A stretch of 64,000 nucleotides of DNA from Eledone cirrhosa (Eukaryota): NCBI GenBank assembly GCA_964016885.1, contig OZ024743.1, forward strand, positions 158,844,001-158,908,000, in the 5' to 3' direction. Both the position numbers and the translations under genes were made by a program. Positions 27,187-44,108 of this stretch are shown here, one piece after another; positions within the stretch are counted from its first letter, which is position 1, and each line of letters begins with the position of its first letter. The notes below the pieces were generated by a model. That model searched no databases, had not been told where the DNA came from, and worked only from the letters and a program-made list of their open reading frames with translations.

Positions 27187-27274
27187 GCATTCCACCATAC
27201 GAAAATACTACACTGCTAATACAGACGAACGAGGAAACAACACACGCACACACACACTCAAGCGAGACGACAAC

Positions 27275-27310
<36 letters not shown>

Positions 27311-27791
27311 CACTCACCAAACAGGCAGAGAATACTATCACAACCACACACCTATCCAACAGGGCAGATAATACAATGGACTGACAGCTAACGCCACCCC
27401 ACTCCCACAATTGAAAGAACTATTTCGGCCGCCGACCTCTGCTTGACCGACCCCATTTCACGTGCACGCGCGCTCTGCTGAATACCTCAGATATTCAAAA
27501 CAACGAACAGCGGAGGACACGTTTCGCACCTTTCCGACAGACAACCTTCCACCCCCCGGAAACCCCCCTCCCCAGTTGATGGATGTGAATCCGAAATATA
27601 TATGGACAATTAAATCTCTCCCAAGGTAACTCTATCTCGTGATATTATTTTTATCCTTTACGCTCTTTCCTACATTCTTCTACACACTATACATCTCAAC
27701 CTACATTCACTTACATCTCTATCTCCCCCACCGAATCTTGTTACCCGGAGATTTACCCATCTGCGTTGTTGAGGCTTCTAAAACGACCTAA

Positions 27792-27857
<66 letters not shown>

Positions 27858-27965
27858 TATATTCAAAGTTATAGATATCATGTTTGAGATAATCTCGAAC
27901 ATGTGTCTTGTCTCCCAAAATAAGCTCAAAGGAAAAATTCAAAGAATAAATCCGAGCATTTAATC

Positions 27966-28697
27966 ATTACAAAACACTGAATGACATATATATATATATA
28001 CATACATACATAAATATCTAATGATATAAATGTATAATAGGACATTTCAAAATTTAACAAGGGACTTATATAAGAATACATAGACTTATATAAGAATACA
28101 TAGTTCGCTACAGTATCATATTAAAATTTAACAAAAATTAAAAACATAGATACCGGATAAAAATCATATATTTCCCCTCATATGGATCCTTCACAAAACA
28201 TGAATACATTTCACCAAATATCGTTGCAATTATTTTTATGCTCCTACTTGGTTGAGCTGTTAATATGTTGGAGGCTAGACTTATATTTCTAGTTGCTGTG
28301 AAATCTTGCATGCCATTGCAGACGATGACCGCGTGCGTTGGGCTTTTGATAATACCATTTGATTCTCTCGTCGTCTTCAGTTCTGTATGTTAACGGGTGT
28401 AAGTTTAGATAGATCGATTCCCTTATTGAAGATCCAGATCGATTATTTAACTGCACCGATATTTGGTGAAATGTATTCATGATTTCTGAAGGATACATAT
28501 GAGGGAAATATATATGATTTTATCAGGTATCTATATTTTAAATTTTTGTTAAATTTTAATATGATACTGTAACGAACTATGTATTTTTACATTCTATACA
28601 GATTGTCTCTTGTTAAAGTTGATATGTCTTATTATACATTTATATCATTAGATATTTACGTATGTATATATATATATATCATTCACTATTTTGTAAT
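27966..28697. repeat. Older, diverged inverted-repeat element (arms about 27966-28232 and 28448-28697)
   Basis: Arms are reverse complements with scattered mismatches. Confidence 0.8.
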
Positions 28698-28758
28698 ATA
28701 TATATATATTATAAAATAACAGGAGGCTGGACTGGTGTAATTCCATAAAAGGTTTATT

Positions 28759-28815
28759 ATACTATGATCATTTCAGTGACCGGGTTCAGTATGAATCCGG
28801 TGACATCATCAGGTA
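28759..28815 (-). ncRNA. Minimal type I hammerhead ribozyme
   Basis: AUAC-CUGAUGA-UGUCACCGGAUUCAUACUGAACCCGGUCACU-GAAA-UGAUCA(palindrome)-UA-GUAU then AAUAAA. Confidence 0.78.
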
Positions 28816-29649
28816 TTCCAAATTTAACAAAGGAATATAATAGACAAAATCCATGGGGCTGAAAAGCAGGGACAGCAGGGCGGCCGAATATTTAGCAGCT
28901 TCTAGCCCGGTCAGCCGCCCTGATGATGTCACCGGATTCATACTGAACCAGGTCACTGAAATGATCATCTCTCTATATATATAACGTGTCTGTGTGTATG
29001 ATTTTTATGCATTTCCACATTTCTCAACCGATTTTGATGATTTTTTCCCAATGTGCTCCAAATTTACCAGGGCAGGTCAACGCGTAATTATTTTTGACAA
29101 CAATTTACCGCTTCTATAAAAGAAATCGATAAAACTAAATACATGCTGTAACCCTCTCTCTTACACGCTTCATTCCTCTCATCACTACCATCAAAAATAC
29201 ATGTTGCAACTCTCTTTAAAAGGTTCATCCTTTCCTCTACTCCACTCTTAATCTCCTCTGCAACTCTCTTTAAAAGGTTACTGCCTCTGTCTACTACCCT
29301 ACAGTTTAGAACAACGACAAAACTTCTTTTGAAGGAATGCAACACAAACTTTGAAACCTAAGCAACACATCGATTTATACAACAACCATAGCTTTACTCT
29401 CTCCGTCGCTCTTCCCTCTCTCTACAATAGATTATTCCCCCTCTTTATAATTTAACTGCTTTACTCTCTTCATGCTTCGAGGTTTAACACTAGCTTCACT
29501 CTCTCCGTCGCTCTTCTCTCTCTCTATAATAGATCATTCCCCCTCTTCGTTCGGGAACGCGAAATAAATGTTGATAACTAAGCGACACTCATACATCAAA
29601 TATCAAAATTTAAAAAGCCGATAACACTAAATACATACTGCTCTCTCTC

Positions 29650-31464
29650 TGTTGATGAAGAAATATGTGATACGTACCGGGAAGCCTGCTTTAAGCGTGG
29701 TCTTTTGGAAGATGATTAGCAATGGGATTCCACTTTAGAAGAGGGTACTTTGTTGAAATCACCTAAAGGTCTACGGGAACTCTTTGCCATTTTACTTCAA
29801 AAGTGTGAATTGGGTGATCCCAAATCTTTATGGGTCAAGTACAGAGACTTCATGTCTGAGGACTTCCTGCGCCTGGCTCATCTGCAGTATACTTCAGTGG
29901 AAATTGGTTACAGCGACATTATCTACACCAGGGCATTCATTGATATCGAGGACGCCCTCCTCGACATGGGTGGGAGTGAGTTGGCGACGTATGGCTTGCC
30001 GTCAACCGTCAGAGAGGAAGCTAACCCGTTGGCCTCGGATTTGTTGCGGGAAATGACATCGAATCTCTTTCCCAATACTTAGAGGAAAATGAGCCCAAAC
30101 TTCTGTCGGACTAAAGGTTGGCCTATTTAACTATCATTGACGCGGTTCAAAATCAGACTGGAGGTATTTACTTTCTCGATGTTCCTGGAGGTACCGGAAA
30201 AACTTTTGTAACGAAATTGATTCTCGCTAAGATTCGTCAGGAGAAAAAAATTGCGTTGGCAGTTGCATCGTCCGGGATCGCTGCTACTTTGTTGCCGGGA
30301 GGCAGGACAGCACATTCAACCTTTAAACTCCCCTTGGATTTAGTAAAAACTGAGACACCAACATGCAATATCAGCAAGAGTTCACATGAAGCTCTGGTTC
30401 TCAAAAAATGTTGCCTCATTGTTTAGGATGAGTGCACAATGGCACACAAGGGTGCCCTTTAGGCATTGGACAGGACCCTGAAAGACATTAGGGATTCTAC
30501 GACTCCTATGGGTGGCGTAACCCTTCTGCTATAAGTGGATTTTCAGCCAACGCTGCCTGCCATACCCAAAGGGACAAGAGCTGATGAAGTGCGTGCTTGC
30601 CTTAAGTCGTCCATGTTGTGGCTCAAGGTGAAGAGTTTGTACCTGAGCACAAATATGCGTGCTCATTTGTATGGTGACAACATGTCTGCAGCATTTGCTC
30701 AGAATATTTTAGCACTTGCTGAGGGCAAGGTCCCTGCGGATGACAAGGGCGGCATAGCAATCGACTCCCTGTGCAACATTGTGAGCAGCCCTTCTGACCT
30801 TTGGGAAGCAGTTTTTCCTAAAGTCTCATCTAATTTTAAAAACCTCGATTGGCTCAGCGAAAGAGCCATCCTTGCTCCGAAAAATACCATGGTTAATTTT
30901 ATTAACGAGCAGCTGATTGAGAAGTTTCCCGGTAAAGAACACATCTTCAAATCTATCGACCGGACGTCAGACTTCGACGATATCGTTAATTATCCAGTGG
31001 AGTTACTAAATTCGCTTGAGCCCCCAGGGCTCCCACCTCACATTCTTAAGCTTAGGGTTGGCTATCCCATTATGCTAATAAGGAACTTGCGTCCACCAAA
31101 GCAGTGCAACGGTACTCGCATGGTCGTCAAGTCACTGACGCCCCACTTGATTGAGGCCACCATTGTAACTGGGTACGGGAGAGGGGAGAATGTTTTCATT
31201 CCAAGGATGAACCTTTTCCCCTCAGCGTCAGATATCCAGTTCGATTTCCGGCGATCCCAATTCCCAGTGAGACCATGTTTTGCCATGTCCATTAACAAGT
31301 CACAAGGGCAAACATTGTCGGTGGCGGGCATCCATTTGGGGGCGCCATGCTTCTCCCATGGCCAACTTTATGTTGCCTGTTCCCGCGTAGGGAGCAGGAA
31401 TGGACTTTTTTCTTACACTCCTCAAGGGATGACACGCAATATCGTCTACAAAGAGGTGCTATAG
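29650..31464 (+). pseudogene. Helitron RepHel C-terminal PIF1-like helicase (Rep/HUH domain absent, several stops)
   Basis: TYREAC..GLLEDD, FLDVPGGTGKTF, GGRTAHSTFKLP, NGTR, QFPVRPCFAMSINKSQGQT, FSHGQLYVACSRV. Confidence 0.93.
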
Positions 31465-32134
31465 ATGTTGGTGCAGGTGCTGGATCTATGCCGTCTGGAA
31501 AACTGGTAGGGTCACCCATAGCGGACAGATCTGACACCCAGCGGCATCAGAGCCACCATCTTGCAACTTTGGTCTACTAAATTCGCTATTGGAAGATTAT
31601 TAACCTATCATTGATTGTCCAAAATGCTAATTGGTTCGTAACTATTAATAATCGGTTCAACTGCTTTATGCACTTAATTGATAAGCTTATGCGCTTTCAA
31701 GCTACGTTTACCTGTATGTAACTTTTCATAGCAAATGAACAAACCCGAGCAACGCCGAGCTAAAATGCTAGTATATATATAAAACGGTAGATCTGTGCGT
31801 ATGATTTTTATGCATTTCCACATTTCTCTACCGATGTTGATGATTTTTTTCCAATGTGCTCCAAATTAAGTCAGGTCAACGCGTAATAATTTTTGCCAAA
31901 ATTTCCTGGCTTCTATGAAAAAAAAATCGATAAATCTAAATACATGCTGTAACCCTCTCTCTTACACGCTTCATTGCTCTCACTACTACCATCAAAAATC
32001 TATGAAACTACATACATGTTGCAACTCTCTCTATATATATCACACACACACATATACATCTAAAGAGAAAAAGGGAGATGTATAGAGAGAGAGAGTGAGA
32101 TAGGTCGTTATACAGAGAGAGGTACAAGATAATC

Positions 32135-32258
<124 letters not shown>

Positions 32259-32402
32259 GCGACGAACACTGGTTCACACACAAACACACACACAATCAAA
32301 CACATATATATATAAAGACAGAGAGAAAGAGAGAGAGAGAGATCTGCGCGTTCTTTATTGTTCTCCATTCTGTAGAAGAAGAGAGAGAGAGGGGGTATGA
32401 AT

Positions 32403-32439
<37 letters not shown>

Positions 32440-32834
32440 GGTATGAGAAAAAGGGAGAGGGGTTGAGAAAGAAAGAAAGTTTAAGCAAAGAATCGCTGCT
32501 TTCAACATTAACGGGATCTTCTGAAACTAATAAATTCAATCTGTGAACGCAGAATTAAATATTTCGAGAAACATTGCAGCCGAAGGAAAACAGGAAGATG
32601 ATATTTTGGTTCGTGAAGACGTTCCCTGGCAATAAACAGAAAAAAGCGAGGATAATACGTCGTTATATGGAGCGTGAAGAACAATTTCATGCAAAGACGA
32701 GACCAAGTTTATGGTATAAATGGAGTCGTTAGACTAATGTTCTATTTAAAATAACCGAATGATTTCCAGCCCCGGAGTTTAAGAATGATGTAAATAAAAT
32801 TGTAAACGAAAATGACAGAGGTTATTAAAATAGT

Positions 32835-32945
32835 TGTTTGTACTTTTGGCACAAGGCCAGCAAATACTCAGTACATCACTGGCACTTTATTTTATCAACC
32901 CCGTAAGGATGAAAGGCAAAGTTAACCTCGACGGGATTTTAACTT
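32835..32945 (-). mobile_element. Truncated SINE nested in the Helitron
   Basis: Same body as 15301-15410. Confidence 0.75.
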
Positions 32946-33394
32946 TGCCTTAAAATAGTAAAAGTAAATAGTGAAGATTTAGGCCAGTACATACGTATGC
33001 GCTGACGGACATACACATACATATACATACGCACACACAAATACATACACACACACAAACACACACACACGCGTGTGTGTGTAAACCTTATACATTTCTA
33101 GAGTATTTTCACCAAAGTTAAGACATAGGTTACTTATGTACTCCGGATGGTCATGGGCACTTTCATTTTTCCAGATATTGATTATAGGGTCTCCCGGCAG
33201 ATAACCCCCTAGGAGTCGACTGAAGCTCTGCAGTGCAATGCAACAAAACGTCATAACTTCTGGAGTTCGCAACCGATTCTCACAAAACTTGACACATGGG
33301 CTACGTTTGTTCTACAGATGAATGTGAAAGGAACTTAACATTGTAACTTTAAAATAGCTACTGAGCAGCCCCGAGCAACGCCGGGCTTTACTGC

Positions 33395-33672
33395 TATAGG
33401 CGATAAAGTTGTGCAGACAGACAGTCGTGCAGAGAGGTGGTATAGGCGATAAAGTTGTGCAGACAGACAGTCGGGCAGAGAGGTGATATAGGCGATAAAG
33501 TTGTGCAGACAGACAGTCGGGCAGAGAGGTGATATAGGCGATAAAGTTGTGAAGACAGACAGTCAGGCTGATAGACGATGGAGGCATGTAGACAGATAGT
33601 CGTGCAGAGAGGGGATATAGCCGATAAGGTTGTGCAGTCAGACAGTCGTGCAGAGAGGTGATAGGCGATAAA
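33395..33672 (+). repeat. Minisatellite, about 47-bp unit, about 6 copies
   Basis: TATAGGCGATAAAGTTGTGCAGACAGACAGTCG(T/G)GCAGAGAGGTG repeated. Confidence 0.88.
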
Positions 33673-34242
33673 ATTGCATTTTTTAATTTTTTTTCATGTC
33701 CATCCAATTTCTTTGTTTCAAAATAACTGATATTTTGGTTACGCAGATGTTTTTCTCTGAGACAAGTGTTGCAGTGTTTACATTTTCGATTTTTGTTAAT
33801 AGATTACCAGTGCAGTTTTTATCCCCAGCATCCTCTTTTGTTTTAACATTCGATTCTAGTTATGGTTATGTTTTCTTAACTTCATAAGGCATATTGTTGG
33901 TTGAGGGAATATTAATCAAAAGTACCACATGAAAGTCTACACTGTAGACTCTACAGTTTTTAAGCCAAGAAAGGAACTTAACATTGTAACTTTAACACAG
34001 CTACTGAGCAGCCCCGAGCAACGCCGGGCTTTACTGCTAGTAGTATAATAAACCTTTTAAGGGATTACACCAGTCCAGCCTCCTGTTATTTTATTTAACT
34101 CCGTACTCGCACCACCAACTACACAAACGAAGACGGGTGAGTTGCATTACGTCGAGTGCTCTCCCTAATATTACATCGAGGTTGACATACGGAATGACCA
34201 GTTCTATCCAGTGGTGAACCAACAAACCTAAATAAACACACG

Positions 34243-34284
<42 letters not shown>

Positions 34285-34288
34285 TGCC

Positions 34289-34414
<126 letters not shown>

Positions 34415-35330
34415 TATATACATATATATATTCACACACACACACCCTCTCTCACACACCCCCTCTCTCACACATACGCACAAATACTAGATAAATACTG
34501 AGTGCTAATTTAAGCATTATTATTTTTATCTAAAACCATCCAAATATACTCATACACATATGGATTAGAGGGCTTTTATATTTCTTACACTCGTAACTAA
34601 GAGAATAATACAAAATCTATCATCATGATCAAGTATATTTCCTGTTCCTCTCTTTTCCTGTTACGATTACAGGCACACGCAGGCACATGCAGGCACATGC
34701 AGGCATACTAAACAATAAAACAATAGTGATGTTTTACAAATCACATAATATACATATATGAGTTGAATCCTGAACGTTTTTTCTCAGTATATAACAAATA
34801 GAAATATAATATCTAACGAATGTTTTGTTTGCATTTCATGAGATAATTCAACTATCCTAGCGGAGATTGGATAAATAAAATGAAAGCAAACGTAAAAGAC
34901 ATCATAAAAATGTACCACTTTTTAGAAAACACGCCGAAACACAAAGAAAAGCTGTCTAATTTTGGCTGTTTGCGCTCAATATACGAACTAATTTACAAAA
35001 TCAATCTATTCAATACAAACAAGCGCTGAATTCGTTGATTTTTCTGGTGAATTTACTATATCTATATATCACATATGACTTTAGCCATTGCTAAAATAGT
35101 TAAGTAAATGGTTCTCATGTCGGGTTTGACTATTTGTATTTTATTTGTTCGAACTACCTGTTCATAGAGTTATAATGTGATGAGTGGTGTATACCAGATA
35201 CATGCACTTTGAAATAATGCAAACACTAGCTCTTAGTATTGCATTACAAGTCCAACAGATTTGTTTCCGTTGATACCTGTCTACCTAAACTCACTCTTAA
35301 AAATTAGGTTGACTCGACGCTATGGGCATT

Positions 35331-35588
35331 TGTAGCGAAATCTGTCCACGCCTTGAACCCTGGGTGACACCTAGAAGTCAAATTCTAGGTCACCATCCTT
35401 TTTAGTGTGGACAGGTTCATGCGTAGGCGATCCCCTCGAGGTGGGAGACAGAAAGCGACAGGTATATAAAGCCTGTATGATCCCACGTCTTACACACAGA
35501 GAGATCCGAGCCGTACTCTATAGACAAGCTATGTAAAGATTCACCGCTATCTACAGGCTGTAGTGGTCTACAGTCAACTACAGACCAT

Positions 35589-35637
<49 letters not shown>

Positions 35638-35818
35638 CTGGTCTCTGACTACACCAGCCTCATGAACCAACAACAAATTACATCGTCAACCTTTGCAACT
35701 CGTGGTAACTTGTTTATTGTTCTTTTTGACTGAAGTGGAGTAAACCTTTTTATATATAAAGTAAATCAGCTATTATTGTTATTCATCCAAACAACTTTTA
35801 CTAATACCCTTCGTTACA
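35331..35818 (+). mobile_element. Solo LTR (488 bp), Gypsy-like
   Basis: TGTAGCGAA...TTCGTTACA inverted termini, 4-bp TSD CATT, TATA-like GTATATAAAG near 35462. Confidence 0.82.
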
Positions 35819-37279
35819 CATTTGCTTGTGGTGCTGAGCAGGTGGGTCGGATCTGGGAACTCATGGTTGGGAAGCAAGCGTCGTAAACAACTATATTACA
35901 CCACTCCAATCTTAACAGACATATTTTAACAAATATTTCGCAAAAGAAATTGTTTGGTGAACGCCAGTCTTAACGGTAATCTTAAAAGGAATATGAAAGC
36001 AACGGTTGCAACACGATAAAAAGAATAAAATAACTACAGCAACGATAATGACACAAAAGTTTTGTATTTTTTCTCTCTCAAAGAACTTCTGTACAGAATA
36101 AGATTGCATTCCCCTATTTACAAAGAGTACTCATAAATCTTTCGAAAATAAAGGAAGGATGCAATTTCCACAATAGACGTAGCAAAAACCGTCAAAATTT
36201 CATCAACAGAAATCCGAATCGATAACTACAATAAGAGTTATAATGATCACTAAGGAACCAAATACTAGAAATAATATAAACTAATTTAGTAACAAAAACA
36301 GCAAATGTTGCTGCAGAAGAAAAAGTAATAATCCTCAATTTTACTCGGAATAACAATCAACTTCACAATGCCAGTAATAACGAGAACAACAACGAGGTAT
36401 GAATAATAAGATCAGTAGTAACAGCAACAACAATAATTGCAAAATCAAGAACTTTATACTAACGCTAATACTAACAACAATAGACATCATTTATATGAAG
36501 CAACAATCGCCACCACTACAATAACAACAACAAAATACAGATGAAACAAATAAAGAAAGCACATACAAACATTAATAATAAAGCAAAATCGAAATCAAAA
36601 CATACAACATGTCAAGTATAGAAATCCTAGAACTGTTGATAATCTAGGAATCAAGTAGCGCTAATGACGCTGCAATATCCTCCTACGATGTCAGATTGCA
36701 GTAACCAAACCCATTAAAACTATTAAAACCGCATGCACTCAACATCATTTCTTACTTACGGTAAAATATATCAATCAGTACAATGAAGTTAATGGTGATG
36801 AAACTCCGAAGTGCATAATAAGATTACATACAATTATATGTATTACATAGAGTGACAAAAGAATTTTGGTTTCATACATCGACACACAATCACACATTTG
36901 GAGCTGTTAGCAGGGGGTGAAAATGGAGTGGGTGTAGTTTGGTGAATTGAAATGACCTGAATTACTTGAAAGCTAGAGAGTCAATTTCTACGTGGTCGCT
37001 CGACATATAAGCCGAATAACATTTTCTCTGAGCTTTCGAGACTGGTAGGGTGGAGCGAGAAAAAAAACCAAGACTCTTGGGTCAAGCGCAGATTGACTTG
37101 ATTTGAATGCATGCAGCATACAACTAAGAGGATTCTGTTATAAATAGAGATTGAGAAAGAGAGAGAGAGAGCGAGAGAGAGAGAGAGAGAGAGCGAGAGA
37201 GCGAGAGAGAGAGCGAGAGAGAGAGCGAGAGAGAGAGAGAGAGTGAGAGAGAGAGAGAGAGAGAGAGAAGGGCGGGGGT

Positions 37280-37520
37280 TGCTAACTGTGTAGAATATAC
37301 TTCTCTAAGGAGGTCTAAATTGTCAAACCATGTCTGTTGTTTTCACCAGTTCTCTTTAAAGTCTGGATCCGTTCCCATTAGCCTTCTCTATATATCAACA
37401 GATTTCTATTAAATGATTTTTTAATAGAAATCTGTTGACTTTAAAGCGAACTGGTAAAAACAACAGACATGTTTTGACAATTTAAACCTCCTTAGAGAAG
37501 TATATTCTACACAGTTGGCA
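37280..37520. repeat. Small fold-back / MITE-like element
   Basis: Arms 37280-37363 and 37437-37520 complementary; extra internal hairpin 37395-37438. Confidence 0.8.
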
Positions 37521-38190
37521 GAAATCTTCTCACTCTCCCCCTCCCCCTCTCTGAGTTATCACCTATGCTTGGTTTTAGATTTTAAACTTCCCTTTAGGTA
37601 GTTTGTTTCACCTATTTCAGGCATAATCTGTTTATCCGTATGTCAACTCATATCAAACGGCCAATAACCAAGCGTATTTTGTTATCAGGTTACCGTATTA
37701 AGGACAACGTTATTCAATAGATCATTACACTTTATTTTAAAGATTATAGAAAACAGTTTGAGAGAGACTAAGCTACTATTTTCAGGAGGTCATGTGCAGA
37801 GGCTCTCTTATTAAGACGTGTCCTATTGAGTTGGATTGAATACCTTCTTCTAACAAATACTTTTATTTATAGTTTAGATGAGTGATTCTGAAAATTTTTA
37901 CTCCATGTCCAACCAAACGACACCTCGAATTTAATGCTGCCTTCAATATAAAAACATTTGGTGTAAAATTCAGAAATTTAACAAAAAGAAAGAAGAAAAT
38001 CTTTGACTAATAATATTGATTTAAAATTACAATGTTACGTAAAATTATATTATATTTAAATTTTTCCCATCTTCCCTTCGACCGTAAAATGGAAATTATC
38101 ACTTGGGGGTGCTTGCCCCCCACTATGTTCAGAAACAGTTGTATGCTGAAATATATATATATATATATTTTATCATTATTATTATTATTG

Positions 38191-39283
38191 TTCTTTGAGT
38201 TTCAGTCATTGATGTTATTTAACTGGAAAGTTTATTGAAATGAATATCAAGCCGCTACCTGCAGCCTTAGATATTCAGGACGTATCGTGTTCCAAGCAAA
38301 TATGTTTGAAGTGTTCCAAAAAGCGGGGCTGGACTAATCTTCTTTAACCATCCTTGGAAACTCTTTGAGATAGTACCTAGTGCACCTATGACAATCGGGA
38401 CGACCTTGATTTCATGGCAGTTCCAAATCCTTTTTAACTCCCACTTTAAGTCCTGGTATTGGTTAATTTTCTCCCTCTCCTTTACTTGCACTCTCGTGTC
38501 AAATGGGCAGGCTACATCTAGAATCAGGAACTATCTTTTTTCCTTGTCCAAAACCACCCGATCAGGCATATTGTGTTCTAATTTATTGTCCGTATGTATC
38601 CTAAAATCACATAGCACCTTCACCTGATCGTTTTCTTTAACCGACTCTGGCTTATGCTCATTCCACTTCTCAGAATGTTGTAAATTGTTTACTTTGCATA
38701 GATGCCAGTGGATCACCCTGCCCATCACCTCATGTCTCCAGCCTTTCTAGTGAGTCCGGGCTAGGTGTTTACACTCGGATACAATGTGAGCCACAGTCTC
38801 CTCTCTCTCCACAGATCCTACACAGTGAGCTAGCCTCCTCCTTGTCAATATGTGTTTCACACACTTCGTTCTGAGAGCTTGCTCTTGCGCAGCCATTAGC
38901 ATTCCTTCTGTAACGTTTTTAAGGTCTCCTCTTTTTAACTAGTTCCATGTCTGTGGATCTCTAAATTCCGTTTTCTTAAAGAAGGTACTATGAAGGGATA
39001 TTTCATGAAGGTTGCTCTTCCTCCTTGTTTTATTTCCTCTTTGGACATCCCCTAGTCTATTGCCTTCTCCTTCAGTACAATTTTGAGCATTGGCTCCGTA
39101 CTGTCAGTCACATATTTGTGCAGGTTGTTTTCTCCATCTGAACACAGACCTCTATGCTGATAAGACCTCTTCCACCCTCAGATCTCTTTAAGTAGAGTCT
39201 ATCGACATCACTCCTCTTGTGGAACATATTGTAGATTGTCAATAGCTTCCTAGTCTTCCCAGCCATTTCTTTTTGTTCAGCAA

Positions 39284-39287
<4 letters not shown>
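38191..39287 (-). mobile_element. Dong/R4 family A copy D1, 5'-truncated, decayed
   Basis: Homologous to 49939-51053 with stops and frameshifts; TAA repeats at both ends. Confidence 0.88.
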
Positions 39288-39380
<93 letters not shown>

Positions 39381-39389
39381 GTTGTTATT

Positions 39390-40769
39390 CCTTGAATCTC
39401 AGTCATTGATGTTGGTTAACTGGAAAGTCCGTTGGAATGAATATCAAGCCACTACCTGCAGCCTCAGATATTCAGGACGTAACGGAGGGTTCTTGCTGTT
39501 CCAAGCAAGCATGCCTTTTGAACCGTTCCAAAAAGCGTGAAGGGGCCGATTTTCTTTAACCATCCCTGGAAACTTTTGGAGATAGTCCCCAGTGCGCCTA
39601 TGACAATCGGGATCACTTTGACTTCATGGCAGTTCCAAATCCTTTTCACCTCCCACTTTAGGTCCTGGTATCGGTTAATTTTCTCCCTCTCCTTCTCTTG
39701 CACTCTCGTGTCGAAAGGGCAGGCCACATCCACAATCAGACACGATCTTTTTTCTTTGTCCACAACCACCAGGTCAGGTCTATTGTGTTCCAGTTTTTTG
39801 TCCGTCTGTATCCTAAAATCCCACAGCACCCTCACCTGATTGTTCTCCATCACCGCCTCTGGCCTATGCTCATACCATTTCTCAGAATGTGGTAAATTGT
39901 TTACTTTGCACAGGTGCCAGTGGATCACCCTGCCCATCACATCGTGTCTCCAGCCCTTATAGTGGGTCTGGGCTAGGTGTTTACACTCGGACACAATGTG
40001 AGCCACAGTCTCCTCTCTCTCTCCACAGATCCTGCACAGTGGGCTAGCCTCCTCTTTGTAAATATGGTGCTTCAACCACTTCGTTTTGAGGGCCTGCTCC
40101 TGCGCAGCCATTAGCATTCCTTCTGTAGCCTTTTTGAGGTCTCCTCTTCTCAACCATTTCCATGTCTGTGGATCTCTAAATTCAGTTTTCTCAAAGAAGG
40201 TACTATGAAGGGATTTTCCCTTAAGGCTGCTCTTCCTCCTTGATGTTATTTCCTCCTTGGACATCCCCTGGCCTACTGTCCCCTCCTTCAGTACAGTTCT
40301 GAGCATTGGCTCCTTACTATAGGTCACGTATTTGTATAGGTTGTTTTTCTCCATCTGAACACAGTCCTCTATGCTGATAAGACCTCTTCCACCCTCAGAT
40401 CTCCTTAGGTAGAGTCTATCGACATCACTCCTCTTGTGGAACATGTTGTAGATAGTCAATAGCTTCCTAGTCTTCCTATCCATTTCTTTTTGTTCAGCAA
40501 CATTCCATCTCAGAATTCCCGCACTGTACCTAATAATAGACACAGCTCGGGAATTTACTGCGCTAATGGCATTTCTGCTGTTCAGATGTGACTTCAATAC
40601 GCTCCTTACTCTCCGAATGTATTCAGTTCTTAACAATTCCTTCATTTTTTTGTTCTTTATGCCATCAGCCTCCAGAACGCCCAACTACTTGTATCCTTCC
40701 TCAGAGTCAATTTCCTTTATCATCTCACCTGTTGGTATCTGGATCCCGTTACTTCTGCTCAACCTACCC

Positions 40770-40772
<3 letters not shown>
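39390..40772 (-). mobile_element. Dong/R4 family A copy D2, 5'-truncated; open frame 39464-40684
   Basis: CRICGEREETVAHIVSEC and RPDLVVVD..IVDVACPFD; (TAA)n both sides. Confidence 0.92.

Positions 40773-44108
<3,336 letters not shown>

Noticed and set aside
30118-31464. Host PIF1 helicase gene
   Set aside because: Intronless, multiple stops, enclosed by Helitron termini
33395-33672. Repeat array as possible CRISPR
   Set aside because: Contiguous tandem units without unique spacers, no cas genes, eukaryotic context
35900-37270. AAC-rich stretch and GA repeat as exon or promoter
   Set aside because: No sustained ORF or diagnostic motif; needs RNA data
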